Assembly: GCA_947498595.1 (NCBI GenBank) | Contig: CANMKX010000021.1 | Span: 9,594-73,593, forward strand | Origin: an uncultured Aquimarina sp. | GTDB lineage: Bacteria > Bacteroidota > Bacteroidia > Flavobacteriales > Flavobacteriaceae | Direction: 5' to 3' | Length of the DNA stretch: 64,000 nucleotides | Part shown: piece after piece, positions 50,461 to 61,063 of the stretch | Layout of the letters: every line of letters begins with the position of its first letter | Position numbering within the stretch: the first letter of the stretch is position 1 | Program-made: the position numbers and the translations under genes | Notes under the pieces: generated by a model | What the model saw: the letters and a program-made list of their open reading frames with translations, nothing else | What the model was told of the DNA's origin: nothing | Databases searched by the model: none

Positions 50461-50495
50461 ACTCCCTTAATCAAGAGAAATTTTGTTAAGGGAGT
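50461..50495. terminator. Bidirectional terminator
   Basis: ACTCCCTTAA...TTAAGGGAGT between convergent genes. Confidence 0.65.
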
Positions 50496-50504
50496 TATTT
50501 TTAT

Positions 50505-53087
50505 TTAAAATTTAAAACGATCAGTCAATTTATAATATTTTTTTAATTGGTTCAACTCTATGTTCTCTATTTTCTCATAACTAGGAGTTTTACTAAACTC
50601 TGCTATTAATTTTCCTCCCTTAGAACATTCATTAATACTTTCTTTAATACTTTCTTTAATACTTTTTTTATCTATTAATTCTGAATTCGAAAGCATTTTG
50701 GTCAACTTAAAGTATATGTCATTCTTGTATTTTCCAATTGATAATGCTATTAAAAACATTACAGATATATAATTTTTTTCCGATTTATCTAAATTGATAG
50801 TATCATGTGCTTTAATAATTTTATAAATATTAGTAAATCTTTTTATTATTCTTGGATTAGAACCTATTAAACTCGAAAAATCTTGAAGTGCTTTAATCTC
50901 ATTCTTTGATATTTTTAAGTGTTCTACATTATTTAATTCTTCAATATTGGTTGTTTTCGATGTTGTATTAATTCTCTCTTCTTCTGTGCCATTTATCTCA
51001 AATGTTTTTACATCATTTTTTTCTTCAGAAGGTTTTGGATTCATTTGTTCCTTTTTTTCATCTACATCCTCCTGTTCTAAATTTAGTTTATGAAGCATTT
51101 TTTTTATTTCTCCATCATTCGCTATTTTTAAATGCAAAGGAATTTGAAAAATTTTCTCTAAATAATTATTTGTTTTTTCTTCTGTTGTCTTTTCTTCTTT
51201 TATAAACTGAGATTTATATTTTTCTTCTAATGCAATTTTCACCCACTTAGGGTCAACACCTACAACAACGACAAATAAAGGAAAAGCCATCAATAAATTA
51301 ACTGCTTCCAATACTTCTACAACCCTATTTTCTTTACATCTATCTAGATCATCTATATATAATACTATTCTATTTAATGGATTAAAACCTTTAAGATTTG
51401 ACTCCTCTTTAGAATCTCTAAAAATATTACTTAAAGTTTCAAAATCTTTACGAATTAAAGATACCAAGCCTAAATGTTTTTTATAAACAATATCTTTATT
51501 TTTGTCTTTTATAAAGTTATGTAAAGTTATAGTAGCTAAAGAATTACTTAATTTATTTTCAATATCAATTATTTCATTTGATATCTTGTAAATATTAGAG
51601 TTATATGTATCTATTTTTTTTGTTAAATTAATTACTTCTAAATGATTAGTTTGTAATAATTCTTGGTATGTTAGCTTACATTCTTCAATTTTATTTTGAT
51701 ATTCTTTATTTATTTTTTGCAATCCATTGATTACAGGTTTAAATTTATTATATGTAGATGAATATTGTTTTATTAAAGGAATTGCAATTGCAATATTTGA
51801 AAGAATAGATTGTGGAATCAATGACGTAATACTTGAAAATAAATCAAGGCTAGGCACAATAAAAACAATTAACAACAATGTAATTGATAATGTAATCCAT
51901 GACCATTTTAAATTTTTAAAACTTAAAAAGTCTTTAAAAAAAGTTCCATTTTTTTTTAATTCATCTAAAATTAAAGAAGGATCTTCTTTCAAATCATCCG
52001 ATATATATGTATCAAAATTGTTGTTTTTTAATATTTTATTTATTTCCTCTGGAATTTTTAATTCTTTTATTCCTTTACCAATCAATGCTTTTAAAGTCGT
52101 TTTTTCTATCTCATTTTCTTTCTCATTCTTTTCTTTTTTTAATTTATTTCTCTCTTTTTCTAAACGATCTTTTTCTTTCTTAGCATTCATCTTTTCTCTT
52201 TCAAAAAACTCATTTTTGTTTTCTAAAAGAGTTATCTTTTTATTTAATTTTTCTTTAATTTTATCCTTTTCATCTTTACTAGGATAATTATTATCTATAT
52301 AATCATATAATCCTTCAAAAATACGAGTAGCAATACTTGCCCATAAATTGGCATCTAGATATGACCAAGCATTAAAGTGTATATGACAAATACCATTCTC
52401 ATAATTTTCTATAGGACTATTTGAAAGTGATGTTATTTTATTTTTTAGTTTTTCCATAAAAAAACTTTTACCCGATCCCCACTCTCCAAATAATGCTATA
52501 GCCAAAGGTGGGATAAAACGATTTGATGTAATGATTCTAGCTAAAGCATTAACATCACCAGAAATACTTAAGTAATCATCACCCGTAATTACATCGCTAT
52601 CTAGAATAGGTATTTTTTCTTCTTTATCATAAATATGCAATAAATCATTTATGATCTTATTCAAATCAATCTTCTCATTTATTTTATTAAATATAACTGA
52701 TATATCATGAGGGGATATTGTATCAATCGTATGTGTATAATATCCAAAATTTTCTATATCTATATATTCTCCTAGTCGATACCAATTAACATCTAATTTT
52801 CTTCCATCATTATGGTTTTTTAAAACGGTATCTATAGCTTTAACTCTTAGATAGTTTTCACCATTTTGATGAGGAAAAGTTGATTTAAATATTAAAACAC
52901 CATTTTCTTTAATGGTATTTACATCTTTAAGGTATCTATCATCATATCCATTCTCCCATATACCTTCCTCTATAAACCTATCTATTTGATCTCCTCCACT
53001 ATTCCAATTTGATCCTCCTAAAAAGATTGTATTTCCTGTTTTTTCTAAAATATATCTATCTATTATTCCAAGATATAATATTATCAT
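50505..53087 (-). CDS. KAP family P-loop NTPase, probably the 3' part of a frameshifted gene
   Basis: Walker A GEWGSGKS, FNAWSY, coiled coil, two TM segments, Walker B LYIDDLDRC, YLEKIFQIP, NPRIIKRF. Confidence 0.85.
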   Translation of the reverse strand: MIILYLGIIDRYILEKTGNTIFLGGSNWNSGGDQIDRFIEEGIWENGYDDRYLKDVNTIKENGVLIFKSTFPHQNGENYLRVKAIDTVLKNHNDGRKLDVNWYRLGEYIDIENFGYYTHTIDTISPHDISVIFNKINEKIDLNKIINDLLHIYDKEEKIPILDSDVITGDDYLSISGDVNALARIITSNRFIPPLAIALFGEWGSGKSFFMEKLKNKITSLSNSPIENYENGICHIHFNAWSYLDANLWASIATRIFEGLYDYIDNNYPSKDEKDKIKEKLNKKITLLENKNEFFEREKMNAKKEKDRLEKERNKLKKEKNEKENEIEKTTLKALIGKGIKELKIPEEINKILKNNNFDTYISDDLKEDPSLILDELKKNGTFFKDFLSFKNLKWSWITLSITLLLIVFIVPSLDLFSSITSLIPQSILSNIAIAIPLIKQYSSTYNKFKPVINGLQKINKEYQNKIEECKLTYQELLQTNHLEVINLTKKIDTYNSNIYKISNEIIDIENKLSNSLATITLHNFIKDKNKDIVYKKHLGLVSLIRKDFETLSNIFRDSKEESNLKGFNPLNRIVLYIDDLDRCKENRVVEVLEAVNLLMAFPLFVVVVGVDPKWVKIALEEKYKSQFIKEEKTTEEKTNNYLEKIFQIPLHLKIANDGEIKKMLHKLNLEQEDVDEKKEQMNPKPSEEKNDVKTFEINGTEEERINTTSKTTNIEELNNVEHLKISKNEIKALQDFSSLIGSNPRIIKRFTNIYKIIKAHDTINLDKSEKNYISVMFLIALSIGKYKNDIYFKLTKMLSNSELIDKKSIKESIKESINECSKGGKLIAEFSKTPSYEKIENIELNQLKKYYKLTDRFKF

Positions 53088-53538
53088 TTATGATTTTTTG
53101 TTGTTCTTTATTTAAACTCTCTGGAGAAATGTAAACAATAACCTCTTTGGGATTAAACTTATTTCCTAATTCATTAAATACAGTTATAAGCGTATTAAAA
53201 GTTAAATAATAATTTTTATAACTATACTCAATAGTATCTAATGAAATACCTATTACTTTATTTTCTATCATTTCATTCTTAAAAAGAAAAGCTTCTTTTA
53301 TGTATTCATAAAAATTAGTATACATTTGATTTTCAATCATGCGAAATAAAGTAATTATATCTTTTTCTTTATACTTAAATGTAAAATTAGAAGGCGATGG
53401 TATATCAGCATGTGTAAACCCAAACATCTTAGTTTTTTCCAAATAATATTTATGATTTCTATTATCTAGAGCAAACAAAAAAGTATCTGCATCTTCTATT
53501 TCTAAAGTATCTTTTAATCTTATTTTATAAGGCTTCAT
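53056..53538 (-). CDS. Hypothetical protein; probable 5' part of the KAP NTPase gene
   Basis: Overlaps the KAP ORF; removing one TAGA unit at 53054-53063 joins the two frames. Confidence 0.55.
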   Translation of the reverse strand: MKPYKIRLKDTLEIEDADTFLFALDNRNHKYYLEKTKMFGFTHADIPSPSNFTFKYKEKDIITLFRMIENQMYTNFYEYIKEAFLFKNEMIENKVIGISLDTIEYSYKNYYLTFNTLITVFNELGNKFNPKEVIVYISPESLNKEQQKIINDNIISWNNR

Positions 53539-53555
53539 CCTCTTTTTCTTATAAT

Positions 53556-53687
53556 TTATTTCTTACCGCGTTCCTGAATTTCTTTTTTTGTTCTTGTAGG
53601 GTGTTCTTCAGCAATTTTTTTGGATACAAACTTTCCCGTTTTTTCATCTCTATATATCGTACGTTTTTGTGTTTTTTTTTCTGCCAT
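53556..53687 (-). CDS. 43-aa basic protein absent from the ORF track
   Basis: Translated by hand: MAEKKTQKRTIYRDEKTGKFVSKKIAEEHPTRTKKEIQERGKK, ATG to TAA. Confidence 0.65.
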   Translation of the reverse strand: MAEKKTQKRTIYRDEKTGKFVSKKIAEEHPTRTKKEIQERGKK

Positions 53688-53923
53688 TATGATTCATATT
53701 TGAATCTCTTAAATTACAACGATCTGTTGATTTATTTTTATGGTTTTCCGTAAAAATAATGTTTTTTTTATTTTATTGATAAAACAACTTCTTAAAATGA
53801 CTTTCTAAAACTCATAATAATCAATAATTTAGTTTTTTAATTATTTACGCAAATCAAATAGTAATATGATCGTTGTTATAGTTTATTTAAAAAAGGGTAT
53901 TTTGTTGTAAAAAAAAGAGCACT

Positions 53924-54784
53924 TTGAATCCACATTTTACATCTATAAATAATTTTAACGACTTTATTAATGTCGCTTCCGTAGTGCATTCTGAAGAAAT
54001 GCATGTTCTTAAATACGACGAGCATCCATCAATTAGGTTAGCGTCTGATGGTATTACCACTGATTTTTATTTTATAGCTTATAAAAAAAACATGAACGAC
54101 CTAAATTGGTATGGAAATACTAAGTTTGACGAAAAAGCAGGTTTTTTATACTTCATGAGACCACATCAATTACATGCTTGGAACGCTTCAATGTCATGGA
54201 AAGGCTATCATATGCTATTAGTTCCGTCTGTATTAACAACTCATAATATACATTATAGTTTTTTTACCTATGGTATTAATAAAGCATTGTTTTTAACTCC
54301 AGAAGAACAATCTAAAGTAGAAATATTGTTTGAACAAATTTATGAGGGTTATCACGAAAAAACAGCTAGCATAGCGATCATTATGGCTTATTGCAATGTC
54401 TTATTTACATATATCCAAGAGTGTTATAAGCGACAATTTAATACTAGAGAACCTTTATATAATACTATTATTAATGATTTCAATAATTCATTAAATAATC
54501 ACTATAAACAAAATCCACAACAATTACCTTCTGTAAAATATTTTGCACAAAAATTACACTTAACTTCTAACTATTTAGGCGATCTTATTAAGCATTATAC
54601 AGGAAAGTCCGCCATAGATACTATTCATGATAAGGTCATTTTTGAAGCTAAAAACTTATTAGATGCAACTAATAAACCTGTATCTGAAATCGGATACTCT
54701 TTAGGTTTTGAATATCCTACTTATTTTTCTAGAATGTTCAAAAAACATACAGGACTTACACCTTCTCAATATCGGAAAAAGTAA
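53924..54784 (+). CDS. AraC family regulator
   Basis: C-terminal double HTH (LTSNYLGDLIK...SEIGYSLGFEYPTYFSRMFKK). Confidence 0.92.
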   Translation: MNPHFTSINNFNDFINVASVVHSEEMHVLKYDEHPSIRLASDGITTDFYFIAYKKNMNDLNWYGNTKFDEKAGFLYFMRPHQLHAWNASMSWKGYHMLLVPSVLTTHNIHYSFFTYGINKALFLTPEEQSKVEILFEQIYEGYHEKTASIAIIMAYCNVLFTYIQECYKRQFNTREPLYNTIINDFNNSLNNHYKQNPQQLPSVKYFAQKLHLTSNYLGDLIKHYTGKSAIDTIHDKVIFEAKNLLDATNKPVSEIGYSLGFEYPTYFSRMFKKHTGLTPSQYRKK

Positions 54785-54861
54785 TTTGTTTCATTTATTC
54801 CTTTTTTTGTTTTAGTCTATAGTTACGTTCAACACGTACTTTTGCTCCATAAAAAAACAAA

Positions 54862-55608
54862 ATGCTAGAAGATAATATAAAAGGGAAAGTTGTTATTATA
54901 ACTGGAGCTAGTAGTGGTTTAGGCGAAGCTACTGCTCGATTATTAAGTGCGAAAGGAGCATCAGTTGTACTGGGAGCTAGAAGATTGGATAAATTAGAAG
55001 CTATTGCTGCTGATATCCATAATGAAGGAGGTAAAGCGCTTGCTGTACAAACTGATGTCACTGATAAAAAACAAGTACAATCATTAATTGATCAAAGTAT
55101 TGTTACTTTTGGTAAAATTGATGTATTGGTTAATAATGCAGGTTTAATGTCAATAGCACCCTTGAGTGAAACTAAGGTTGATGAATGGGATAGAATGATT
55201 GATATTAATGTAAAAGGTGTTTTATATGGTATTGCAGCTGCATTGCCTGTTTTTCAAAAACAAGGAAGCGGTCATTTTATCAATTTAGCTTCTGTGGCTG
55301 GTATCAAAGTTTTTAGTCCGGGCGGAACTGTTTATAGTGGTACTAAATTTGCTGTTAGAGCAATTTCTGAAGGCTTACGTCATGAAGTTGGTGGTGCAAT
55401 ACGTACTACTACGATTGAACCTGGAGCTGTAGATTCTGAATTAAAGCATGGAAGTTCTCATAAAGAAAGTGCTGATTTTGTTGGAGAATTTTACAAAATC
55501 GCAATTTCATCAGATGCAGTAGCAAGAGCAATTGCTTATGCAATTGAACAACCTGCTGATGTGGATGTAAACGAAATTGTATTACGTCCTACTGTTCAAG
55601 ATTTTTAA
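54862..55608 (+). CDS. Short-chain dehydrogenase/reductase
   Basis: TGASSGLG, NNAG, YSGTK. Confidence 0.93.
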   Translation: MLEDNIKGKVVIITGASSGLGEATARLLSAKGASVVLGARRLDKLEAIAADIHNEGGKALAVQTDVTDKKQVQSLIDQSIVTFGKIDVLVNNAGLMSIAPLSETKVDEWDRMIDINVKGVLYGIAAALPVFQKQGSGHFINLASVAGIKVFSPGGTVYSGTKFAVRAISEGLRHEVGGAIRTTTIEPGAVDSELKHGSSHKESADFVGEFYKIAISSDAVARAIAYAIEQPADVDVNEIVLRPTVQDF

Positions 55609-55632
55609 AAATTTCATTTATATTCACTGACG

Positions 55633-55670
55633 AAAATATGGGGTTAGACATTATGTTTAATCTCATATTT
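55633..55670 (+). terminator. Terminator-like hairpin after the SDR gene
   Basis: AAAATATGGGTTAGACAT / ATGTTTAATCTCATATTTT imperfect stem. Confidence 0.5.
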
Positions 55671-55975
55671 TTATATCCAATCATTTTTAAACTCATTACG
55701 CATTAATGCACCCTTTATGATAGCTGATTTCTATATTTTTTTATAGAAAAATAGTCTAAAAGAACTATTTATTAAAATTATAACCAATAGCATCCTTAAA
55801 TAGCTGTAAATTGTATTTACTTATTAATCATCATTTTAAAAAACAAGGAGTCTTATTATTCATAGAAAAATAGTTTGAATGGAAGCATTCGGAACTTAAA
55901 AACTCATATACAAGTAGGGAACTTTCTTTATTTGCTGTTCTAACTACATAACTATGTTAATTTAAAATAAATTTT

Positions 55976-56845
55976 ATGAGTATGAATAAAATATCACTGC
56001 TAATATCCGTAGTAAGTTTAATCCTTTTAAGTTCTTGTATTTCTTGTTCAAAAGATGATGATACAAATTCAGATACCGTGTTAATTAATGCTGGCAATGA
56101 TCCTAATTTTACTATTGTTGCTAATACCGACGCTGGATTTACTTATTTTAATAGAAAAGTAACTGTTTTCGGAATTTCTATTTATGCAGTTGCTGCTGTT
56201 GAAGATGTAAAATTATTACACGCTGCTAATATTATGGCACAATATCTAGATAATAACGAAGATGGGGTTCTTGATAATCCAGAAGTTGTTGCTACGATGG
56301 TAAATCGCAATGCGTTTTTATTTATGTGGAAAAATGAATCTGATATGAACTCAATTTCATTACCTGATGGAGATAATGGTCAAGATTTGGGTAATGATGA
56401 AACCATTCCTTCTTGGCATACAAACGGAAGAATGGGAGATTTTGATGCTTCATTAGAAGAAGTATTGCATTTAATTACTCATGTAGGGTATGCAAATACA
56501 TATCCAACTATTTTTGGCGAACAAGCTGGTACAGCATTAACAAATGCGATGGACATAGCTAGAGGAGGTCATTTTACTACTATCCCTAATCCATATCCTA
56601 TTAATGCGTGGTACACTTATGATGATACTACATGTGAATATGATTGTATGGCTACAGAATATTTTTATTGGGCATTAACTTCTGCTTTAGGAGCACAAGA
56701 AAATAGGTTGAATGCTATAGATCAAGAATGGAAATTAAACACACCTCAACTGATAGAAAACACTGATGCTACTATATATGGTTTACTAACAAATCCTCTC
56801 TATAAATTACCTACAGTATTACCTGATGGTACATATAAAAGATAA
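55976..56845 (+). CDS. Lipoprotein with possible Zn-binding motif
   Basis: Cys-containing signal peptide; EEVLHLITH and downstream EY..W. Confidence 0.6.
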   Translation: MSMNKISLLISVVSLILLSSCISCSKDDDTNSDTVLINAGNDPNFTIVANTDAGFTYFNRKVTVFGISIYAVAAVEDVKLLHAANIMAQYLDNNEDGVLDNPEVVATMVNRNAFLFMWKNESDMNSISLPDGDNGQDLGNDETIPSWHTNGRMGDFDASLEEVLHLITHVGYANTYPTIFGEQAGTALTNAMDIARGGHFTTIPNPYPINAWYTYDDTTCEYDCMATEYFYWALTSALGAQENRLNAIDQEWKLNTPQLIENTDATIYGLLTNPLYKLPTVLPDGTYKR

Positions 56846-56856
56846 TTCCGTTTTTC

Positions 56857-56902
56857 AAACTCTCCATTCTACAAGTCATTTATCTTGAAAATTGGAGGGT
56901 TT
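56857..56902. terminator. Bidirectional terminator-like hairpin
   Basis: AAACTCTCCA...TGGAGGGTTT between convergent genes. Confidence 0.45.
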
Positions 56903-56905
56903 TCT

Positions 56906-57808
56906 TTAATATTTATAAAAAATCAACTTGTTTTGGATATTCATTGGTAATATTAGCATTTTTTTCTCTGCGATATAAGCAATATCACCTACACTGCGCT
57001 CGGTCCCTAATATTAACGTAGTTTCACCATTTTTATGTACGAGATATACTGCACCTTCTTTCCAATCTGAAACAACAAATTGATTTTCATCAAATATTTG
57101 AACCCCATCTAAGTTTCCTAATATATCTTTTGTAATCTTTGTGATTTTTTTAGTTTCAATATCAAGTTTTAAAAAATTTCCTTTAGGTGCTTCAATAGGA
57201 TTTCCATCCGAAAAACTACCCCAAGCTCCAATATAAATCTCTCCTTTTATAGCTAACAATCCGTTTGGATTCTCTAATATAGGATTGGTATACCATTTTG
57301 TAAATTTCTTCTTTTTATCTAATTTATAAATTGAAGAAGTAAACATATCTGAGACATAAACATTTTGATATTCATCAATAGTAACATCATTTAGGAATTC
57401 TGCTTCTTCCCCATCATATCGATTCAAAATCTCACCTGTATTTAAATCTGCTTCTATCAATTGTGTTACGTCTGATACATAGAGTCTATCATCAGTGATT
57501 GCTATTCCTTTTGGATTATTAATTCCTGCGATAAATGTTTTATCTAGAATTTTCCCTTCTAAAGAAACCTTTGCTATCGCTCCATCTCCTGGTGTTTTTT
57601 CTCCTTGGACAGAAACATATAATACATTTCTTTTCTTGTCAAAAACAACCGATTCACAATGTGCTAATTCAGTCGTTTCGTATAAAAACTCAGGGATTTT
57701 TTCTTTGTTAACTGCTGAAGATATTATCGTTTCACTTTTCGATTCTTGCTTCTTATTACAAGAAATTAGTAATGTTATGGTAGTTATAAATAGAATTAAT
57801 TTTTTCAT
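56906..57808 (-). CDS. SMP-30/gluconolactonase-like beta-propeller lipoprotein
   Basis: Lipobox LISC; CESV, NPKG, FLNDV, NPNGL, NLDGV blade motifs. Confidence 0.75.
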   Translation of the reverse strand: MKKLILFITTITLLISCNKKQESKSETIISSAVNKEKIPEFLYETTELAHCESVVFDKKRNVLYVSVQGEKTPGDGAIAKVSLEGKILDKTFIAGINNPKGIAITDDRLYVSDVTQLIEADLNTGEILNRYDGEEAEFLNDVTIDEYQNVYVSDMFTSSIYKLDKKKKFTKWYTNPILENPNGLLAIKGEIYIGAWGSFSDGNPIEAPKGNFLKLDIETKKITKITKDILGNLDGVQIFDENQFVVSDWKEGAVYLVHKNGETTLILGTERSVGDIAYIAEKKMLILPMNIQNKLIFYKY

Positions 57809-57940
57809 ATTTCTTAAAAAACATTTGATTACTAATTTACATATATTTTATAAAACAAATATTCCTTTCAGTAATTAGACATATGCAAGCTTCTATTTCA
57901 TTTTTTTTACTTTCTTTTGCCTTCTCAAAAATTGATTTTA

Positions 57941-58696
57941 ATGAAAGCGATCACTACTCTTATATTTTTACTTTTTGCAATTTATAGCAGTGCACAAATT
58001 GTGAATATAGAATCATTGCGAAGAGTGAATGATACTTCAAAATGGTCAGGTTTTACTAGTTTGGATGTTAATTTAACCAAAAACACGAATACTATTTTTA
58101 ATTTAAAAAACAGTATTCATGTGCAGTATCGTTATAAAAAACATTTAGCTTTATTAGTAAACACTATCGACCTAAAAGAAGCAAATGATGAAGCCTTGGT
58201 TAATAAAGGAATTCAACATTTGCGCTATAATTATAATATTACACCTAAAATTGCTTGGGAATTTTTCTTGCAATCTCAATATGATGATATTTCTAATATT
58301 AAATTTAGAGGACTTGTAGGAACTGGAAGTAGGTTTACTTTATATGCCTCTCAAAAATATAATTTTTACTTGGGTACATTAATGATGTACGAATATGAAG
58401 AAACAAAAACAGAGACCGCTACTATTTACGAAAGTGATATTAGAGGTAGTGCTTATTTTTCCTGTAGAATATATCCAACAGATAATATTTCTTTTATAAG
58501 TACTACATACTATCAACCCAAAATAAATGCGGTAGATGATTATAGGATTTCGAGTGAAACTTCATTATTGCTAAAAATCATTGCCAATTTATCTTTCAAA
58601 ACTAGTTTTTATTATACTTTTGATGCTTTTCCAGCAGAAGGTGTTCCTTCATCACAATACAAGTTTACCAATGGATTATTATATTCTTTTGATTAA
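57941..58696 (+). CDS. DUF481-like outer-membrane beta-barrel protein
   Basis: Signal peptide, QIVNIE start, HLRYNY, C-terminal YSF; likely ATG at 57941. Confidence 0.75.
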   Translation: MKAITTLIFLLFAIYSSAQIVNIESLRRVNDTSKWSGFTSLDVNLTKNTNTIFNLKNSIHVQYRYKKHLALLVNTIDLKEANDEALVNKGIQHLRYNYNITPKIAWEFFLQSQYDDISNIKFRGLVGTGSRFTLYASQKYNFYLGTLMMYEYEETKTETATIYESDIRGSAYFSCRIYPTDNISFISTTYYQPKINAVDDYRISSETSLLLKIIANLSFKTSFYYTFDAFPAEGVPSSQYKFTNGLLYSFD

Positions 58697-58726
58697 ACTA
58701 ATTTACTCCAAAAAATAATTACTTCT

Positions 58727-59299
58727 TTATTCGTTACCTTCTACTCTTTGCTTTAGTTCATTATTAAATATAGGATATACTTCAAGAGTTGTATTTGCCA
58801 AAGATTCTGTGCTAAAATCAGCATTTCCTATACCTCTAAATTCATCTGTTTGTATAAACCTTGTCTGACATTCAGAAATCATTTCTACAATAAACATATG
58901 ATTATCCATTATTGTTCCTATACCTAATGAATCTGACCAACCAAATCTTATGCCTTCTTCATAAATTAAAATATGATGAAAACCTATGATGCTACCATTA
59001 GGTAGTGTTGCATCTACAATCACTTCACCTCCGTTACTGATATCACCAGTAATTCCTTGAATACTGCTACTCCATTCTGGATAATTATCAAAATCTCTTA
59101 ATACATTCCACACCTCATTTATAGGAGCATTAATAACGATATCCGTATATATGCTATGATGATTTTGATTAATTTCAGCACTATTAATGACTTCAATTTC
59201 TAACGTATTGTCTACTACACATACATCATCATCATTTTTACAGGACACTATAAATAGTAAGATTAACGCACTTAGGTTCAATTTTTTTAAAATTCTCAT
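58727..59299 (-). CDS. SRPBCC/START-domain lipoprotein
   Basis: Lipobox IVSC; INAPINEVWNVLRDFDNYPEW. Confidence 0.8.
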   Translation of the reverse strand: MRILKKLNLSALILLFIVSCKNDDDVCVVDNTLEIEVINSAEINQNHHSIYTDIVINAPINEVWNVLRDFDNYPEWSSSIQGITGDISNGGEVIVDATLPNGSIIGFHHILIYEEGIRFGWSDSLGIGTIMDNHMFIVEMISECQTRFIQTDEFRGIGNADFSTESLANTTLEVYPIFNNELKQRVEGNE

Positions 59300-59443
59300 T
59301 ATTTCAATTTATATATGTATGCTACAAATGTCTATAAATGAGTTTTTGATAAAGTATCCAAACCTCTGAATTTAGTATACAAATTATGTATTACGATCTT
59401 GAGTATGTTTTGATATTATTATCTAATTAAAAAAACGAATACA

Positions 59444-59920
59444 TTATGGAATTAACGGAAATGTATCTTCAAAATACTTGGTCCAAACACCATCTTTTAG
59501 TTGTTCTCCATATTCTTGAAATTCTCCTTTGGCAGTTCTTTTAAAAATTAAACGATTTGTAGGATTAAAGTGTACTATAAATTTACCTTCTTCAAATTTT
59601 CCTGCATATTTTCCCATTCCACGTTTTGAATAAGGGCAATAATAATAAGTCATCTCTTTACTATCATAATATATTATTGTATGTAATTGTAAAGATTCTG
59701 ACTTTAAGTCAATTGTAATTATATGTTTGTCTAGAGAATAACTTATTTCTTCGTGAGCAGTAACGGTTTTGGTTCCTTTCTTACTAAAGGATTTTGAGAT
59801 ACCAACCCAATCTCCTACCATAAATGAAAGATCATTCATCTTTTGCTTTTCTTCACTTTGACTATACATACTACTTGCTGCAATAAATAGTATTAAAAAT
59901 AATTTTGAAACTTTTTTCAT
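59444..59920 (-). CDS. Secreted hypothetical protein (DUF1579-like beta-barrel)
   Basis: Signal peptide, LSFMVGDWVG motif. Confidence 0.65.
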   Translation of the reverse strand: MKKVSKLFLILFIAASSMYSQSEEKQKMNDLSFMVGDWVGISKSFSKKGTKTVTAHEEISYSLDKHIITIDLKSESLQLHTIIYYDSKEMTYYYCPYSKRGMGKYAGKFEEGKFIVHFNPTNRLIFKRTAKGEFQEYGEQLKDGVWTKYFEDTFPLIP

Positions 59921-60137
59921 ATCAATTATAATTTTACTTTTTTCTTATTTTTCAGGAAGTTTATCTGCATTTAAATCAAAATCCATTTCATGTTCTAAAT
60001 CATGCATACAGAATAAATGAATAGAATAATACGATGTACCTCTTATAATTACTGTTACTTCCTAATAAAGGAATAAAGATAGTGATTCATTAAAACGAAA
60101 TTCAAAAAATAAATTTCTAATACATTTATACCTCACC

Positions 60138-61055
60138 CTATTCAAAATAAGGTAATACATATTTCCCTAAATCATTTAATACTTTATCAGCACTTCTCGA
60201 ACCATATTTAAGGTTAATAATCACATGATTCACTCCTAATGATTCTAATGTTTTCAGGTGATTAACCAAATATTTGGCTCCTAATTGATAACCTAAATGA
60301 ATCAACTTAGGCTTTGCATCTGGATTTGGCAATAAATCAATATATAAAGATTGCATGAAAGGTTTCCAATAAGATGCTTTTTTTATTAAACTATCCGTCC
60401 ACTCTTCCATTAAATTCTCTAGCATACGTATGTTTCTAGGATAAAATATCCATCCATCTCCATGTTCGGAAATCCACTCTAATGATTGCCCAGAATATCC
60501 TGTGATAAGCATTGGTATGTGCTTAGTAGGTTTAGGTAATAAATCAATACTTCCGTTTGTTGTCCCATACGTTGATGTATTAATAATAGGATATGATTTT
60601 TCTAATTCTTTTATATAATAAAAATTCTCTCTAAATAATTGAGCCTTTTCATTGATATCCTTATTAAATGCAGGATATTCTATAGCTCTATCTCCAAAAG
60701 CAACACCTAAAATCAATCTTTTATTAGATAAATTCTGTATACTAAAAGCTGATTTTGCTGTATGAACTGGATGCCTTAATGGCAATACAATACTTCCAGT
60801 AGCTAATTGTATTTTTGTAGTATTGCTCATTATATGAGTCATATACACCCATGGATCATACATTTGACCAACATCACCAAACATAGGGTCATGAAAAGGA
60901 ACATCTTTAAACCATAATGCCTTAAATCCAATAGTTTCTGCTTTTTGAGCTAATGAAACTTGATTTTCCATTGTAGGAATAGATCCCTTATAAGCTTCGA
61001 TAGGAAAAAAAAGACCTAATGATAGCTTATTTTTTTGTGCAATATCTTTTAACAT
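60138..61055 (-). CDS. Luciferase-like (LLM) oxidoreductase
   Basis: ATGSIVLPLRHP, RLILGVA.GDR..EYPAF, DGW..YPR. Confidence 0.9.
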   Translation of the reverse strand: MLKDIAQKNKLSLGLFFPIEAYKGSIPTMENQVSLAQKAETIGFKALWFKDVPFHDPMFGDVGQMYDPWVYMTHIMSNTTKIQLATGSIVLPLRHPVHTAKSAFSIQNLSNKRLILGVAFGDRAIEYPAFNKDINEKAQLFRENFYYIKELEKSYPIINTSTYGTTNGSIDLLPKPTKHIPMLITGYSGQSLEWISEHGDGWIFYPRNIRMLENLMEEWTDSLIKKASYWKPFMQSLYIDLLPNPDAKPKLIHLGYQLGAKYLVNHLKTLESLGVNHVIINLKYGSRSADKVLNDLGKYVLPYFE

Positions 61056-61063
61056 AGTCTCTT

